Shown piece by piece: positions 10,252-21,369 of a DNA stretch of 64,000 nt (its first letter is position 1; every line of letters starts with the position of its first letter). Under the pieces are notes generated by a model that worked only from the letters and a program-made list of their open reading frames with translations, ran no database searches and was not told the DNA's origin. Origin of the DNA: Aulosira sp. ZfuVER01 (lineage in GTDB: Bacteria; Cyanobacteriota; Cyanobacteriia; Cyanobacteriales; Nostocaceae); NCBI GenBank assembly GCA_034530615.2, contig JAVRCV020000015.1, forward strand, positions 179,702 through 243,701, written 5' to 3'. Both the position numbers and the translations under genes were made by a program.

Positions 10252-12510
10252 CTACCCTACTGAAAGGATGTGTGCGTGGAAGAATGCCCAGGTAGTAGCA
10301 ATTCCTCCTAAGAGGTAGTGAGCTACACCTACTGCCCGACCTTGAGTGATGCTCAAAGCGCGAGGCTGAATTGATGGTGCTACCTTCAGTTTATTATGTG
10401 CCCAAACTATGGACTCAATCAGTTCTTGCCAGTAGCCACGACCACTGAACAGGAACATTAAGCTGAATGCCCATACAAAGTGAGCGCCCAAGAACATGAG
10501 TCCGTAAGCAGACAGCGCACTTCCGTAGGAGTTGATTACTTGTGAAGCTTGTGCCCACAAGAAGTCACGCAACCAACCGTTGATTGTGATGGCACTTTGG
10601 GCAAAGTTACCACCAGTAATGTGAGTCACATTACCTGCCGCGTCTACAGTTCCCCAAACATCAGATTGCATCTTCCAGCTGAAGTGGAAAATTACAATAG
10701 ACAGGGAGTTGTACATCCAGAATAATCCGAGGAACACATGATCCCAACCGGATACTTGGCAAGTACCGCCACGACCAGGACCGTCGCAGGGGAAACGGAA
10801 GCCTAAGTTTGCTTTGTCTGGAATCAGACGAGAACTACGCGCAAACAGTACACCCTTAAGCAGGATGAGAACGGTTACGTGAATGGTAAAGGCATGAATG
10901 TGGTGAATTAAGAAGTCTGCTGTACCCAAAGCAATAGGTGCAGCTGCTACTTTACCGCCTACAGCCAAAATACCGCCGCCAAAGACATAGCTAACCGGTT
11001 CTAAGGCATTGGGTGCAGTTGAACCAGGAGCTAAGGCATGGATATTTTGTACCCATTGCGCAAAAACTGGCTGTAACTGAATTGCCGTATCGGAGAACAT
11101 ATCTTGGGGACGACCCAATGCACGCATTGTGTCGTTGTGGATGTAAAGTCCAAAGCTATGGAAGCCGAGGAAAATACAAACCCAGTTTAAGTGAGAGATA
11201 ATCGCATCTCGGTGACGGATCACCCGATCCAGTACGTTGTTTTGGTTAACAACTGGATCGTAATCCCGAACCATGAAAATGGCAGCGTGAGCAGCCCCAC
11301 CAACAATCAGGAAGCCACCGATCCACATATGGTGTGTAAAGATACACAACTGCGTAGCGTAGTCAGTTGCCAAATATGGATAGGGAGGCATCGCGTACAT
11401 GTGGTGCGCGATGATGATGGTTAAGGAACCCAAGAAAGCTAGGTTAGTACCTAATTGAGCGTGCCAAGATGTGGTCAGGTTTTCGTAAAGACCTTTGTGA
11501 CCTTCACCAGTGAAGGGGCCTTTATGATTTTCGAGGATCTCTTTAATGCTGTGACCGATACCCCAGTTGGTGCGGTATTGGTGACCTGCAATGATAAACA
11601 GTACAGCGATCGCCAAGTGGTGATGGGAAATATCTGTCATCCACAAGCCGCCTGTTACTGGGTTGAGACCACCCTTAAAGGTGAGGAAGTCAGCGTACTG
11701 ACCCCAGTTCAAGGTAAAGAAAGGTGCCAAACCACTAGCAAAGCTGGGATAAAGCTCGGTCAACAAGTCTTTGTTCAGGATGAACTCGTGGGGCAAGGGG
11801 ATATCTTTAAGAGCTACCCCTGCATCCAACAGCTTGTTGGTCGGTGCGGACACGTGAATTAAGTGTCCAGCCCATCCCAAGGAACCACAACCCAGCAATA
11901 CTTGCAGGTGGTGATTCAGCATTGACTCCACATTCTGGAACCATTCCAGTTTGGGAGCACGCTTGTGGTAATGGAACCAACCGGCAAACAGGAACAAGCC
12001 TGCTAATACCAAGCCGCCAATGGCAGTACAGTACAGTTGGAATGAGTTTGTAATACCCCAGCCACGCCATACTTGGAACAAGCCAGAGGTGATTTGAATA
12101 CCGTGGAAGCCACCGCCAACATCACCATTTAAAATGTCTTGTCCGACTATGGGCCAAACGACTTGAGCACTAGGCTTTACGTTTAGAGGGTCGCTCAACC
12201 AAGCTTCGTAGTTGGAAAACTTAGCGCCGTGGAATATCATCCCGCTCAGCCAAATCGTCACTACAGCTAAGTGGCCGAAGTGGGCTGCAAATATCTTGCG
12301 GGATATTTCTTCTAGATCGCTGGTATGTGTATCAAAATCGTGGGCGAGGGCGTGCAGGTTCCAAATCCATGTGGTGGTTTTGGGACCTCTGGCTAAAGTT
12401 CTGTCGAAGTGACCGGGTGTTGCCCATCTCTCAAAAGAGGTAGGTACTGGATCGTTATCGACTATTACTCTTGCCTTTTTTTCCTCTCGCTCCGGAGGAC
12501 TAATCGTCAT
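10252..12510 (-). CDS. psaA: Photosystem I core protein PsaA
   Basis: [21 protein letters not shown]; 752 aa; AGAGGAGG RBS upstream. Confidence 0.99.
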   Translation of the reverse strand: MTISPPEREEKKARVIVDNDPVPTSFERWATPGHFDRTLARGPKTTTWIWNLHALAHDFDTHTSDLEEISRKIFAAHFGHLAVVTIWLSGMIFHGAKFSNYEAWLSDPLNVKPSAQVVWPIVGQDILNGDVGGGFHGIQITSGLFQVWRGWGITNSFQLYCTAIGGLVLAGLFLFAGWFHYHKRAPKLEWFQNVESMLNHHLQVLLGCGSLGWAGHLIHVSAPTNKLLDAGVALKDIPLPHEFILNKDLLTELYPSFASGLAPFFTLNWGQYADFLTFKGGLNPVTGGLWMTDISHHHLAIAVLFIIAGHQYRTNWGIGHSIKEILENHKGPFTGEGHKGLYENLTTSWHAQLGTNLAFLGSLTIIIAHHMYAMPPYPYLATDYATQLCIFTHHMWIGGFLIVGGAAHAAIFMVRDYDPVVNQNNVLDRVIRHRDAIISHLNWVCIFLGFHSFGLYIHNDTMRALGRPQDMFSDTAIQLQPVFAQWVQNIHALAPGSTAPNALEPVSYVFGGGILAVGGKVAAAPIALGTADFLIHHIHAFTIHVTVLILLKGVLFARSSRLIPDKANLGFRFPCDGPGRGGTCQVSGWDHVFLGLFWMYNSLSIVIFHFSWKMQSDVWGTVDAAGNVTHITGGNFAQSAITINGWLRDFLWAQASQVINSYGSALSAYGLMFLGAHFVWAFSLMFLFSGRGYWQELIESIVWAHNKLKVAPSIQPRALSITQGRAVGVAHYLLGGIATTWAFFHAHILSVG

Positions 12511-12963
12511 TCGACCTCCTCTCTAGATAAGGAATGAGGAATCAGGAAACCACAAAGTTAACCATTATCGCATCCTCCAGAATTTTCCTGGGGAGCGATT
12601 CAGACCCGATGTGGAAGTTTGTTTCTGTTGAATTATAAAGTCTTAACTTGTACATTGTTGGCGATAATTTAACAATAATTCAAAATCACTGGAATAATTG
12701 GCCAATCTGCCTTTTAACTTCAAACTAACGGGCAAAAAGTCAATAGATTATTCATTTTATTTACAAAGGAACACAATTTGTAAAACTTATAGTTTACGCT
12801 TGTGTAGCAATTGTTTCGGCTGTTGCATTTGTTGCTTTAGAGTTTAAATTACAGTTCGCAAACAACTGTCAAAAAAATGACATCTTCATGCTATGTCTCC
12901 AAAAAGACAAAGTAAAAATTTTATGGAGTAAAGCAAATTTCACCTTTTGGGCTATAGTTCCCT

Positions 12964-14463
12964 ATGGACAGTTTGAGCCAAAATAATTTGGCAGTTGTTG
13001 CAGTTGTTAAAGACGATCGCTGGGTAGAAGGCATGAACTCTTGGCAAAAGACGGTAGAGAATCTCCTCCCCAGGAGGTTCGCTGTTTTGAAATGGCTGAT
13101 GACATTTTTAATAGTCTTGGGTTTGGTCAGCTGTGGCGAGAAAGCTGTCAGCCAAGATGTATCTGTTAGTTATGGAGCAAAACCACAACAGATATCCAAA
13201 GAATTTTCCGAAGTTTCTCCACCAGCGATAATTCAAGAACTGCGCCCAGCTTTGGAGGTTTATCAGCCGCAAGTTGCAATAGTTACACCTCAAGCTGATG
13301 AAGTCTTGCAAGAAAATAAAGTTACAGTCCGCTTTCAGGTTCAGGATCTACCCATATTTAAGAATCCGCAACTGGAATTAGGGACTCATCTCCACGTAAT
13401 TCTTGATAACCAACCATATATAGCTGTTTACGACTTAAATCAGCCTTTAACTTTCTCAGACTTAGCGCCAGGAACTCATACTTTGCGTGTCTTTGCTTCT
13501 CGTCCTTGGCACGAAAGCTTCAAAAATGAAGGTGCTTACGCCCAGACAAAGTTTCACATTGTCACCAAAACCGAAGATAACAACCCAGATCCATCTCTAC
13601 CTCTGCTAACCTACAGCCGTCCTAAAGGTGACTATGGGGCAGAACCAATTCTACTGGACTTTTACCTAACAAATGCTCCCCTCCACTTGGTTGCTCAAGA
13701 CAACGCTAACGACAATCTCAGTGATTGGCGGATTCGTTGCACAATTAATGGTGAAAGCTTCGTTCTCGATCGCTGGCAAGCAGTTTACCTCAAAGGCTTC
13801 AAACCTGGTAAGAATTGGGTAAAACTGGAATTTCTCGATAACCAGGGTAATCCTGTAAAAAATGTCTTCAATACTACAGTTGGACTGATTAACTACCAAC
13901 CCAAAGGTAAAGATACACTTTCGAGAATTGTCAGAGGAGAAGTTACAGCCGATGAGGTGCGTGGCATTGTAGATCCTAACTATACCGCCAAGATACCACC
14001 TACTGAACTAACCCCTACACCTAGCGGCACACCACAAATACAGCCAACACCGGAAATTGAGATTCCCGAAGTTCCTGTAACACCGCCAACTGAGTTGAAG
14101 CAGCCAGAGGAAACATTATCCAAGCCTGTACCATCGCCAGAACCACAGCCAGAGGTAACACCAACACCTTCTGCTACTGGGTTACCAGAAACAGTTTCTC
14201 CTAAACCAGAAAAACCAAAGTCTGGTGGATATTTCCAACGCCGTCCTCGTCCTACTGCTACACCATCTCCTAGTGTGTCGCCTACGCTACCAGAGATTAT
14301 TGAGTCTCCGCAACCAGAAGTAATACCAACACCGACTGCAACAGAACCGCCACAACTAGAAATAACACCAACACCTTCTGTTACTGAAACACCTCAACCA
14401 CAGGTAAACCAGACTGAAGAAAAATCCCCCAATTTGTTGCCTACACCAGTAGCGCCAGATTAG
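12964..14463 (+). CDS. Hypothetical lipoprotein-like protein with Pro/Thr/Glu-rich C-terminal tail
   Basis: Lipobox-like LVSC after a hydrophobic stretch; HLHVILDNQPY and GTHTLRVFASRPWHES core; true start may be 13033. Confidence 0.75.
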   Translation: MDSLSQNNLAVVAVVKDDRWVEGMNSWQKTVENLLPRRFAVLKWLMTFLIVLGLVSCGEKAVSQDVSVSYGAKPQQISKEFSEVSPPAIIQELRPALEVYQPQVAIVTPQADEVLQENKVTVRFQVQDLPIFKNPQLELGTHLHVILDNQPYIAVYDLNQPLTFSDLAPGTHTLRVFASRPWHESFKNEGAYAQTKFHIVTKTEDNNPDPSLPLLTYSRPKGDYGAEPILLDFYLTNAPLHLVAQDNANDNLSDWRIRCTINGESFVLDRWQAVYLKGFKPGKNWVKLEFLDNQGNPVKNVFNTTVGLINYQPKGKDTLSRIVRGEVTADEVRGIVDPNYTAKIPPTELTPTPSGTPQIQPTPEIEIPEVPVTPPTELKQPEETLSKPVPSPEPQPEVTPTPSATGLPETVSPKPEKPKSGGYFQRRPRPTATPSPSVSPTLPEIIESPQPEVIPTPTATEPPQLEITPTPSVTETPQPQVNQTEEKSPNLLPTPVAPD

Positions 14464-14498
14464 GAATCGTGTACCCTGGGTAAGGGTTTAGCATTGCT

Positions 14499-14702
14499 CA
14501 TACGTGTCAACTTAACGCAAAACCCTGTTACCCCAAGGAACTGAAGTTCCTTGCTAATAGCAAAAGTCATCTGAAGATGACTAAATATCCCCAAAATTTT
14601 GAGTCTACTAAAGTAGACTTGGGCTATTAGTCTGAGAATTCATTCTCAGGCGAGTGACAAAGCTACGAAAGAGGCTATTTTTAGCTTAAGTTGACACCAA
14701 TG
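14499..14702. mobile_element. MITE (204 bp) with about 17-bp TIRs and 9-bp target duplication AGCATTGCT
   Basis: Left CATACGTGTCAACTTAA; right reverse complement CATTGGTGTCAACTTAA; AGCATTGCT at 14490-14498 and 14703-14711. Confidence 0.88.
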
Positions 14703-14818
14703 AGCATTGCTAAACCTCTACAAAAAATATAGACATATCAGGATTTTTGTGAATTTGTCATACTGTTTTGAATCAGTAGAAATCTGCACATTGAGGCGAT
14801 AAAAGTGCAGAAAAGAGG

Positions 14819-15763
14819 TCAACCGAAAATACTTAACTCTAGCTGTTGTGCCAAATTTTCCACAAAGGCAAGTCCTGCTACTGGGTTTCCTACGGTATCT
14901 AAAGCAGGGCTGTAACAAGCGATCGCTCCTTCACCTGGTACGATCGCTAACAGTCCACCACCAATGCCCGATTTCATTGGTAAACCAATCCTGACAGCAA
15001 ACTCGGCAGATGCCTCATACAATCCACAAGTCAAGATCACCGCATTGACTATCCGGCGGTGTTTTACTGATATTAAACCATTTTCATAAGCTAAGAGTTT
15101 GCCGATCTGCGCTAAATCTTCGGCATTTCCCGATAAACAGCATATTTGCTCGTAAGTGTCAAGAGCTATGCCAAAATTTTCTACATACCCGGCTTCAGCA
15201 AGATAATTAGCGATCGCTTTATTCGCTGGAGAACGTGTCAGTTGTACTGAAGCAAGCATTAATTCATCTAACTTGAGTTTTGAGCCGGCTAATTGGTTTA
15301 GCCATTGACAAAATTGCTGAGTGCGATCGCTAGCATTTTCTCCTGGTAATTTATCAGCTAAGGTAATGGCTCCACTATTAATCATTGGATTGCGGGGGTG
15401 TCCGCGATCGGCAATTAGTTGATCTAGGGAATTGAATGGTGCTTGGGATGGTTCCACCCCTACCCACTGCAAAACCGTTTCTGCACCGAAATTTTCTAAG
15501 AGATAAAGTAGTGAAAAAGCTTTGATAACACTCATGAATGGGAACACACAACTTGTATCCCCGGCGCTGTAAGTTTGTCCAGTTGCACAACAGATGTGAA
15601 CTGCAAACCAATAAGGGTTAGCTATATTTAATCGTGGAGTGCGATCGGCAACTCGTCCGCGATCGGCATGGGATTTGGCTTGTTCTACCCAAGCTGATAA
15701 TTTAGTAGTGGTTATTGCTTGAAGTCTTGTCAAAATTTGTACAGATTTTAGAAAATGGCTCAA
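14819..15763 (-). CDS. glsA: Glutaminase
   Basis: FPFMSVIK (S-x-x-K), VGVEPS..PFNS, PRNPMINSGAI, CGLYEAS, GLPMKSGIGGG. Confidence 0.92.
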   Translation of the reverse strand: MSHFLKSVQILTRLQAITTTKLSAWVEQAKSHADRGRVADRTPRLNIANPYWFAVHICCATGQTYSAGDTSCVFPFMSVIKAFSLLYLLENFGAETVLQWVGVEPSQAPFNSLDQLIADRGHPRNPMINSGAITLADKLPGENASDRTQQFCQWLNQLAGSKLKLDELMLASVQLTRSPANKAIANYLAEAGYVENFGIALDTYEQICCLSGNAEDLAQIGKLLAYENGLISVKHRRIVNAVILTCGLYEASAEFAVRIGLPMKSGIGGGLLAIVPGEGAIACYSPALDTVGNPVAGLAFVENLAQQLELSIFG

Positions 15764-15860
15764 TAGGACAATTGTGAATTCTGTCTACTGACAAATTTCT
15801 GCGATTAGCCTTGTGAGCTTTCTGACAATAGCTAGCCGCTTTTAAAACATCCTCCCATAT

Positions 15861-18239
15861 CTAAAAAATATCCTTACGCTTTTGCAACCAAAAAGTAACA
15901 AGTAAATAAATTGCTGTATGCAACAATAAAATTCCCCAATTCAAATTTAAATTTCCCCAGGTAGCCCCGTAAACTGATGTTGGTTCAAATGGCTGAGGGA
16001 CAATACTACCATCTAGTAATATAGTTGGTTCTGGTACTAAGCTATTGACATTGACTAAAGAGCCATAAGCTCCTACTGACCAACGACTTAACATGAGCCA
16101 TGATAATAATTTATTCACACCTTCCTGGGTTTTAAACAAAACTCCAGAAAAGATGATTTGCGGTAATAATAGCAATGGTAAAGCACTATTTGCTTGGCTA
16201 CTGTTTTTAACAGTTGTAGATACAAGTAAACCTAAGCTAAAACTAGCTAATAAAGTCAGAAAGGTGGTGATTCCTAATCCGATATGCCAGGAAATTAATT
16301 CTGGACTGGGAGATTTAAAACCTATGAGAATCACAGCAACTATCAACAAAGTCTGTGCGATCGCCAAAATTGACAATATTGTAACTTTGGAACCAAGATA
16401 AGCTAACAATCCTAAATTAACTAAGCGTTCTCTTAAGTAAATTGCCGCTTCTTTAACAATTTCTTGTAAAGAACTAGAAAGACCTACCCATAATGCCGCA
16501 CAGGTAAAGACAAACAATACTTGCAAAGCTAAGGGTGCTAGTTTGGGATCTGGTTGGTTGCCTAAAACAAAGGGTGTTTTATCTTTAATTGCCAAAGTTA
16601 TCAGGCTAATACCAATAGGTGCTGTTAAAAGAGAGAGGAGAAGATTAACGCGATCGCGTAAAATTAATTGCCAATAACGTTGTGTCAATAACAACCATTG
16701 CTGCCAAAAAGAAACTTTCTTGCGTGTTGGCGTAAAAGATTTAGTTGGCTGTTGATTTCCTATACTTATTTGATTGCCAATATAACTTTGATAATAAGTA
16801 GATTGCTGAAATTGAGTCGCATATTTAATAACTTCTTGCTCTTGTTCGAGTTTGATGTAAATATCAGCAAAATCGTTGACACCAAAAAACTTCAAAGCTT
16901 CTTGGGATGTACCAAAATAGCACAATCTGCCACCTAGACCGAGAAACACAATGCGATCGCATTCGGTAATATTAGCTGTGGCATGAGTTACCAAAATAAT
17001 TGTTCTTCCCCCTTGATGCGCTAAATCTTTTAATAGCAGCATCATCTGTTTATCTAATCCAGGATCGAGTCCAGAAGTTGGTTCATCTAAAAAGAACAAT
17101 TTGGGATCGGCCAGCAATTCTACGCCAATACTGACTCTTTTGCGTTGTCCGCCGCTGAGATCGTTGACTAATGCATGACGGCGATGGCTCATTTTAATTG
17201 CTTCTAACGCCTGTTCTACCAAAGGTTGCAGATTAATATCTGGTGGTAATCGCAGTTTGGCTGCATAAGTAAGTACTTCTGCAACTGTCAATTCGCGGTG
17301 GATAATATCATCTTGCGGTACGTAACCAATGTGGGTGCGGTACAAATTGAAGTTTTTCTGCAAATCTTCGCCATTGATTTGCACTACACCTTTAGTAATT
17401 TTTTCAATTCCTAAAAGTGTCCGCATTAAAGTAGATTTACCCGCACCACTCCCCCCAACCAAAGCCACAAACTGTCCTGGTTCAATCGCAAAAGATAAAT
17501 CATCTAATCGCCGTTTACCTTTAGTTTCCAGTAACAAGTTGTGCGCATCTAGACGAATGCGATCGCCTTGATCGAGAATTTCTAAATTATCATCGCGCAC
17601 CACCAAAGTAAACGGCCCAATGCGAATTTTCGCACCATTGGAGAGTACGGCGCTTCCCGTCACTTGTTTACCGTCAATAAATACTCCATTGGTGCTGTAG
17701 TCCCGGAGAATGTAGCGTCCTTGAGCATCAGTATCAATTGTGGCATGACGCCGGGAAACAGTAGGAGCATCTAACTGCAAGTTAGCTTGGGGATCGCGTC
17801 CGAGTAAAATTGAACGTTGTTTTAACGAAATTGCACGGGTTGCCGGTGTAGTAAATGAATGTGCGTTGGAGGGATTAAAATATCTTACTTGAATGAGTTG
17901 ATTGGGGTTTTGGGCAATTTGAATTTCTACACCGTGGGTTAAGTAATGGCCTTCCGTGGGAGTAATCAGGGAATGATTGACATATAGCTTATTACTACTA
18001 GGTTTTTGTCCATCGCCGTCATAGATGCGGTAGTCTGCGCCATCCCGACGCAGTAGCCCTTGACAACGGGAAACAACTTCCCAATGTTGCGGAACGACTA
18101 AATCAGCAACATTTGGATCGCGTCCCAGAATATGCTGTGGCTTTTTGAGTTCAAAGTATAGAATTTCACCTTTATTGTTTAACTCTAAAAAGGGATTTGT
18201 ACTTAAAACAGTCCGACTTTGTAAAGGTGGCTGTACCAT
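15861..18239 (-). CDS. ABC transporter with two N-terminal FHA domains, ATPase and ABC-2 permease (Rv1747-like architecture)
   Basis: Two FHA motifs (LGRDP..VSR; LGRDP..VSRRHA..STNG), Walker A GGSGAGKST, LSGGQ, LDEPTSGLD, C-terminal TM helices. Confidence 0.92.
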   Translation of the reverse strand: MVQPPLQSRTVLSTNPFLELNNKGEILYFELKKPQHILGRDPNVADLVVPQHWEVVSRCQGLLRRDGADYRIYDGDGQKPSSNKLYVNHSLITPTEGHYLTHGVEIQIAQNPNQLIQVRYFNPSNAHSFTTPATRAISLKQRSILLGRDPQANLQLDAPTVSRRHATIDTDAQGRYILRDYSTNGVFIDGKQVTGSAVLSNGAKIRIGPFTLVVRDDNLEILDQGDRIRLDAHNLLLETKGKRRLDDLSFAIEPGQFVALVGGSGAGKSTLMRTLLGIEKITKGVVQINGEDLQKNFNLYRTHIGYVPQDDIIHRELTVAEVLTYAAKLRLPPDINLQPLVEQALEAIKMSHRRHALVNDLSGGQRKRVSIGVELLADPKLFFLDEPTSGLDPGLDKQMMLLLKDLAHQGGRTIILVTHATANITECDRIVFLGLGGRLCYFGTSQEALKFFGVNDFADIYIKLEQEQEVIKYATQFQQSTYYQSYIGNQISIGNQQPTKSFTPTRKKVSFWQQWLLLTQRYWQLILRDRVNLLLSLLTAPIGISLITLAIKDKTPFVLGNQPDPKLAPLALQVLFVFTCAALWVGLSSSLQEIVKEAAIYLRERLVNLGLLAYLGSKVTILSILAIAQTLLIVAVILIGFKSPSPELISWHIGLGITTFLTLLASFSLGLLVSTTVKNSSQANSALPLLLLPQIIFSGVLFKTQEGVNKLLSWLMLSRWSVGAYGSLVNVNSLVPEPTILLDGSIVPQPFEPTSVYGATWGNLNLNWGILLLHTAIYLLVTFWLQKRKDIF

Positions 18240-18591
18240 AAAGTGCTTTAAAACATTAAACGAGGTCTACTAACCCTGAAGTTTGAAATACTTATAAAAA
18301 ATTAATTTATTACCGAGAAACTATATTAATTAGAGGTAGCAGAAGTTTATGATATTGAACAGCTAAATACAAATTATACGTAAAAACTGAGTAACTAAAA
18401 TATGGAAATCCAGTTTGATTGTTGAAAAAACTTGGTAAACCTAAATCTTAACTACTATCAGGTTATTTGCTTATTACCTATTGCTCTTTGGGGAACAGCA
18501 GTTGCTCATGGGGAAACCCTCAAGACTGAACTGATTCACCTATTGGCTGCCTCTACGAGTAAGTTAACAAATCAAATAGGAGTGCTATATT

Positions 18592-20280
18592 ATGACCTTG
18601 GCATTATTAAATAATCGTTATCAAGTCCTACGTGTATTGGGAAGTGGGGGATTTGGGGAAACTTTTTTAGCAGAAGATACTCAAATGCCCTCTAATCGTC
18701 GTTGTGTCATTAAACAACTTAAACCTGTAGCTAATAATCCTCAAGTTTACCAATTAGTACAACAACGATTTCAGCAGGAAGCAGCAATTTTAGAAGAACT
18801 AGGCGATCGCAGTAATCAAATACCGAAGTTGTATGCTTATTTTATAGATAACGGGCAATTTTATTTAGTTCAAGAATATATTGAAGGTCACACATTGACT
18901 CAAAAAATGCAACAGCAAGGAGTGTTGCATGAAAGTACAGTTAAAGGAATTTTAATTGATATCTTGCCAGTTCTAGAATTTGTCCATAGCAAGCGCATAG
19001 TCCATCGAGATATTAAACCCGACAATATAATTTTGCGTTTTTCCGATGGCAAACCAATCTTAATTGATTTCGGTGCAGTTAAAGTATCAATGGGTACAAT
19101 AATAACTGCTTCTGGAAACTCCAACCAGTCCATTGTCATTGGTACGCCAGGGTTTATGCCAATGGAACAATCGATAGGTAGACCAGTATTTTCCAGTGAC
19201 TTGTATAGTTTAGGACTAACAGCAATTTATTTACTCACAGGTAAATTACCCGCAGACTTACCCACAGATCCAGAAACAGGCGATATTCTCTGGCGCAATT
19301 TTACTTTCAATATCAGCCCAGATTTAGGAGCTGTATTAGATAAAGCAATTCAACAATCACCACGCGATCGCTATCTCAGTGCTAGAGATATGCTAACAGC
19401 ATTGCAAACACCTTCAATTCCGACAGCAGTGACTGTACCTGTTTCTCAGCCGACATTAATTACTACACCCGTATCAGCAGGCTACGTCACCGCACCAACA
19501 GTCGCATCTCCAACACCCCTATATCAGCCGATTCCCACACCAACCCCAAATCCAGCAATATCTCCTAAAGGTTTAGCACCTTGGCAACAAGGTGTAATAA
19601 TTGGCGGTGCGATCGGGACATTAGTAGTAAGTGGTTTATGGTTAGTCAGAGGACAATTATCAAACCAGCCACAGCCATTAACAACTATAGCCTCATCTCC
19701 TTCACCAACTTTCAATAATCAGCAACCCTCACCTCCAAATACATCTAAATCATTAGATTCAACCTCGTATAATTCTGATCGTCAAGTAGAATATCCAGCA
19801 AAAATAACGCCAACAGAAAATCCAGTTATACCTAGTAATACTAATACAAGTACCACAGAAAAACCTTCAGCTTCAGCATCCACACTTACCGAAGCCGGAG
19901 CAAAAAATTTAATTAATCAATGGCTACAAGCCAAACAAGTCATGTTTGCGCCTCCCTACAATCCTCAGCCAGCTGCCGAGTTAACAACTGGTGAACAATA
20001 TGAGCAAGTTGCTGGCTATGATGGCTCAATTAACTCTCTCAAAACTGATGGGCATTCTTATAAATATGGTTTACAGCAAATTGATGGAATAGACGAATTT
20101 TCGGTTAATGGTAATCAAGCTGTTATTCAAGTAAAAGTTACCGAAGACCGGAAACTTCTTGATAAAAATGGCAATATTCTTCCTAAAGAAACTGACTTTA
20201 AAACTAGAACAGTACGCTATAATTTACAGTTTGTAGATCGGCGCTGGAAAATAGCTTCTACTCAAATACTTACCAAATAA
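18592..20280 (+). CDS. Membrane Ser/Thr protein kinase with C-terminal ARC6-IMS (DUF4101)-like domain
   Basis: LGSGGFG, VIK, HRDIKPDN, DFG, GTPGFMP; Pro-rich linker, TM helix, C-terminal NQWLQAK...VTEDR...VRYNL...WKIA. Confidence 0.9.
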   Translation: MTLALLNNRYQVLRVLGSGGFGETFLAEDTQMPSNRRCVIKQLKPVANNPQVYQLVQQRFQQEAAILEELGDRSNQIPKLYAYFIDNGQFYLVQEYIEGHTLTQKMQQQGVLHESTVKGILIDILPVLEFVHSKRIVHRDIKPDNIILRFSDGKPILIDFGAVKVSMGTIITASGNSNQSIVIGTPGFMPMEQSIGRPVFSSDLYSLGLTAIYLLTGKLPADLPTDPETGDILWRNFTFNISPDLGAVLDKAIQQSPRDRYLSARDMLTALQTPSIPTAVTVPVSQPTLITTPVSAGYVTAPTVASPTPLYQPIPTPTPNPAISPKGLAPWQQGVIIGGAIGTLVVSGLWLVRGQLSNQPQPLTTIASSPSPTFNNQQPSPPNTSKSLDSTSYNSDRQVEYPAKITPTENPVIPSNTNTSTTEKPSASASTLTEAGAKNLINQWLQAKQVMFAPPYNPQPAAELTTGEQYEQVAGYDGSINSLKTDGHSYKYGLQQIDGIDEFSVNGNQAVIQVKVTEDRKLLDKNGNILPKETDFKTRTVRYNLQFVDRRWKIASTQILTK

Positions 20281-20282
20281 CT

Positions 20283-21080
20283 ATGAGATTTTTCTCAAAA
20301 TTACCTTATCTTGTACGAATCTTAGTAATTGCCACAATTGTTGCAGTTAGCGTAGTCATTTGTGGTACTTTAGTGATGCGATTTTCAGCGTCAAATCCAC
20401 CCGTTCAGGCTAAAATTTCTCCAACTGCAACAACCACAGTTTCTGCTCAACCAAACTCAGTTTTAGCAGCGCTACCAACAGCAATTCCCACTAATTCCAC
20501 GCCTATCGAACTAAGTAAAATCACACAAGTTCAGAAAAAACCAACATCCAATCAACTTGCCTTTGGGCATTTTCCCTACACGCAAGCGAATCCAAACCAA
20601 ATGATGGTTGTTGGTAGCTATGCGAGTGGTGTAGATCAACGCTTTGAGTCATTGAATACTGAAGCAGTTAAAGCATTCATGAAAATGACTTATGCAGCCA
20701 GAGAAGTAGGTGTTTGGATTATTCCTGTTTCTGGCTTTCGCACCATAGAACAACAAGAAAAATTATTTCAAGAACAAATTAAGCGTCGAGGTTCTGTTAA
20801 AGAAGCGGCAAAAATTAGTGCCCCTGCTGGATATAGCGAACACCATACAGGCTTTGCTTTAGATTTAACAGATGGTAAATTTTCTAAAAAAGATATTACT
20901 TTAGAATTTGAAAATACTGATGCTTATCGTTGGTTAACTAGCCATGCTCAAGAATTCGGCTTTGAAATGTCTTTTCCCCGCAATAATAAGCAAGGAGTAA
21001 GTTTTGAGCCTTGGCACTGGCGATATGTAGGTTCATCAGATGCAGCCGCAGTATTTGCTAATGCTAAAAATCAGCGTTGA
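20283..21080 (+). CDS. D-alanyl-D-alanine carboxypeptidase (VanY / M15B family)
   Basis: SGFR, SEHHTG.ALD and EPWHWRY zinc-peptidase motifs; N-terminal membrane anchor. Confidence 0.9.
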   Translation: MRFFSKLPYLVRILVIATIVAVSVVICGTLVMRFSASNPPVQAKISPTATTTVSAQPNSVLAALPTAIPTNSTPIELSKITQVQKKPTSNQLAFGHFPYTQANPNQMMVVGSYASGVDQRFESLNTEAVKAFMKMTYAAREVGVWIIPVSGFRTIEQQEKLFQEQIKRRGSVKEAAKISAPAGYSEHHTGFALDLTDGKFSKKDITLEFENTDAYRWLTSHAQEFGFEMSFPRNNKQGVSFEPWHWRYVGSSDAAAVFANAKNQR

Positions 21081-21262
21081 GTAATCACAAATTATCCAAT
21101 GCCTTTACATCTAACCTGTAGAGGTTTTAACCTGCTTTTCTGAGCAAGGATATAACCCACCATTGGGTAAGCGTATTTCCAATCTGAAGGCGATTTTTTA
21201 CGCCCAATTAGCTATAAGCTAAGTTTTATGTCTATTTATAGTAGTCAGTAACACTCTATTAA

Positions 21263-21334
21263 AGCCGATGACGGGATTTGAACCCGTGACCTGCTGATTA
21301 CGAATCAGCTGCTCTACCACTGAGCCACATCGGC
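21263..21334 (-). tRNA. tRNA-Thr (anticodon CGT)
   Basis: Reverse complement GCCGATGTGGCTCAGTGGTAGAGCAGCTGA-TTCGTAA-TCAGCAGGTCACGGGTTCAAATCCCGTCATCGGCT. Confidence 0.97.
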
Positions 21335-21369
21335 GTACACGATCCAAGATTATAGCATAGTTTTTATTC

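Noticed and set aside
7904..12510. Far-red (FaRLiP) psaA2/B2 paralogues
   Set aside because: The sequences look like the standard Nostocales copies and no rfpABC, apc or psb cluster is adjacent.
18432..18614. 60-aa ORF upstream of the kinase
   Set aside because: TTG start, overlaps the kinase RBS and start, and has no recognisable features.
14819..21334. Island integrated at tRNA-Thr
   Set aside because: No integrase, and I found no duplicated tRNA 3' end.
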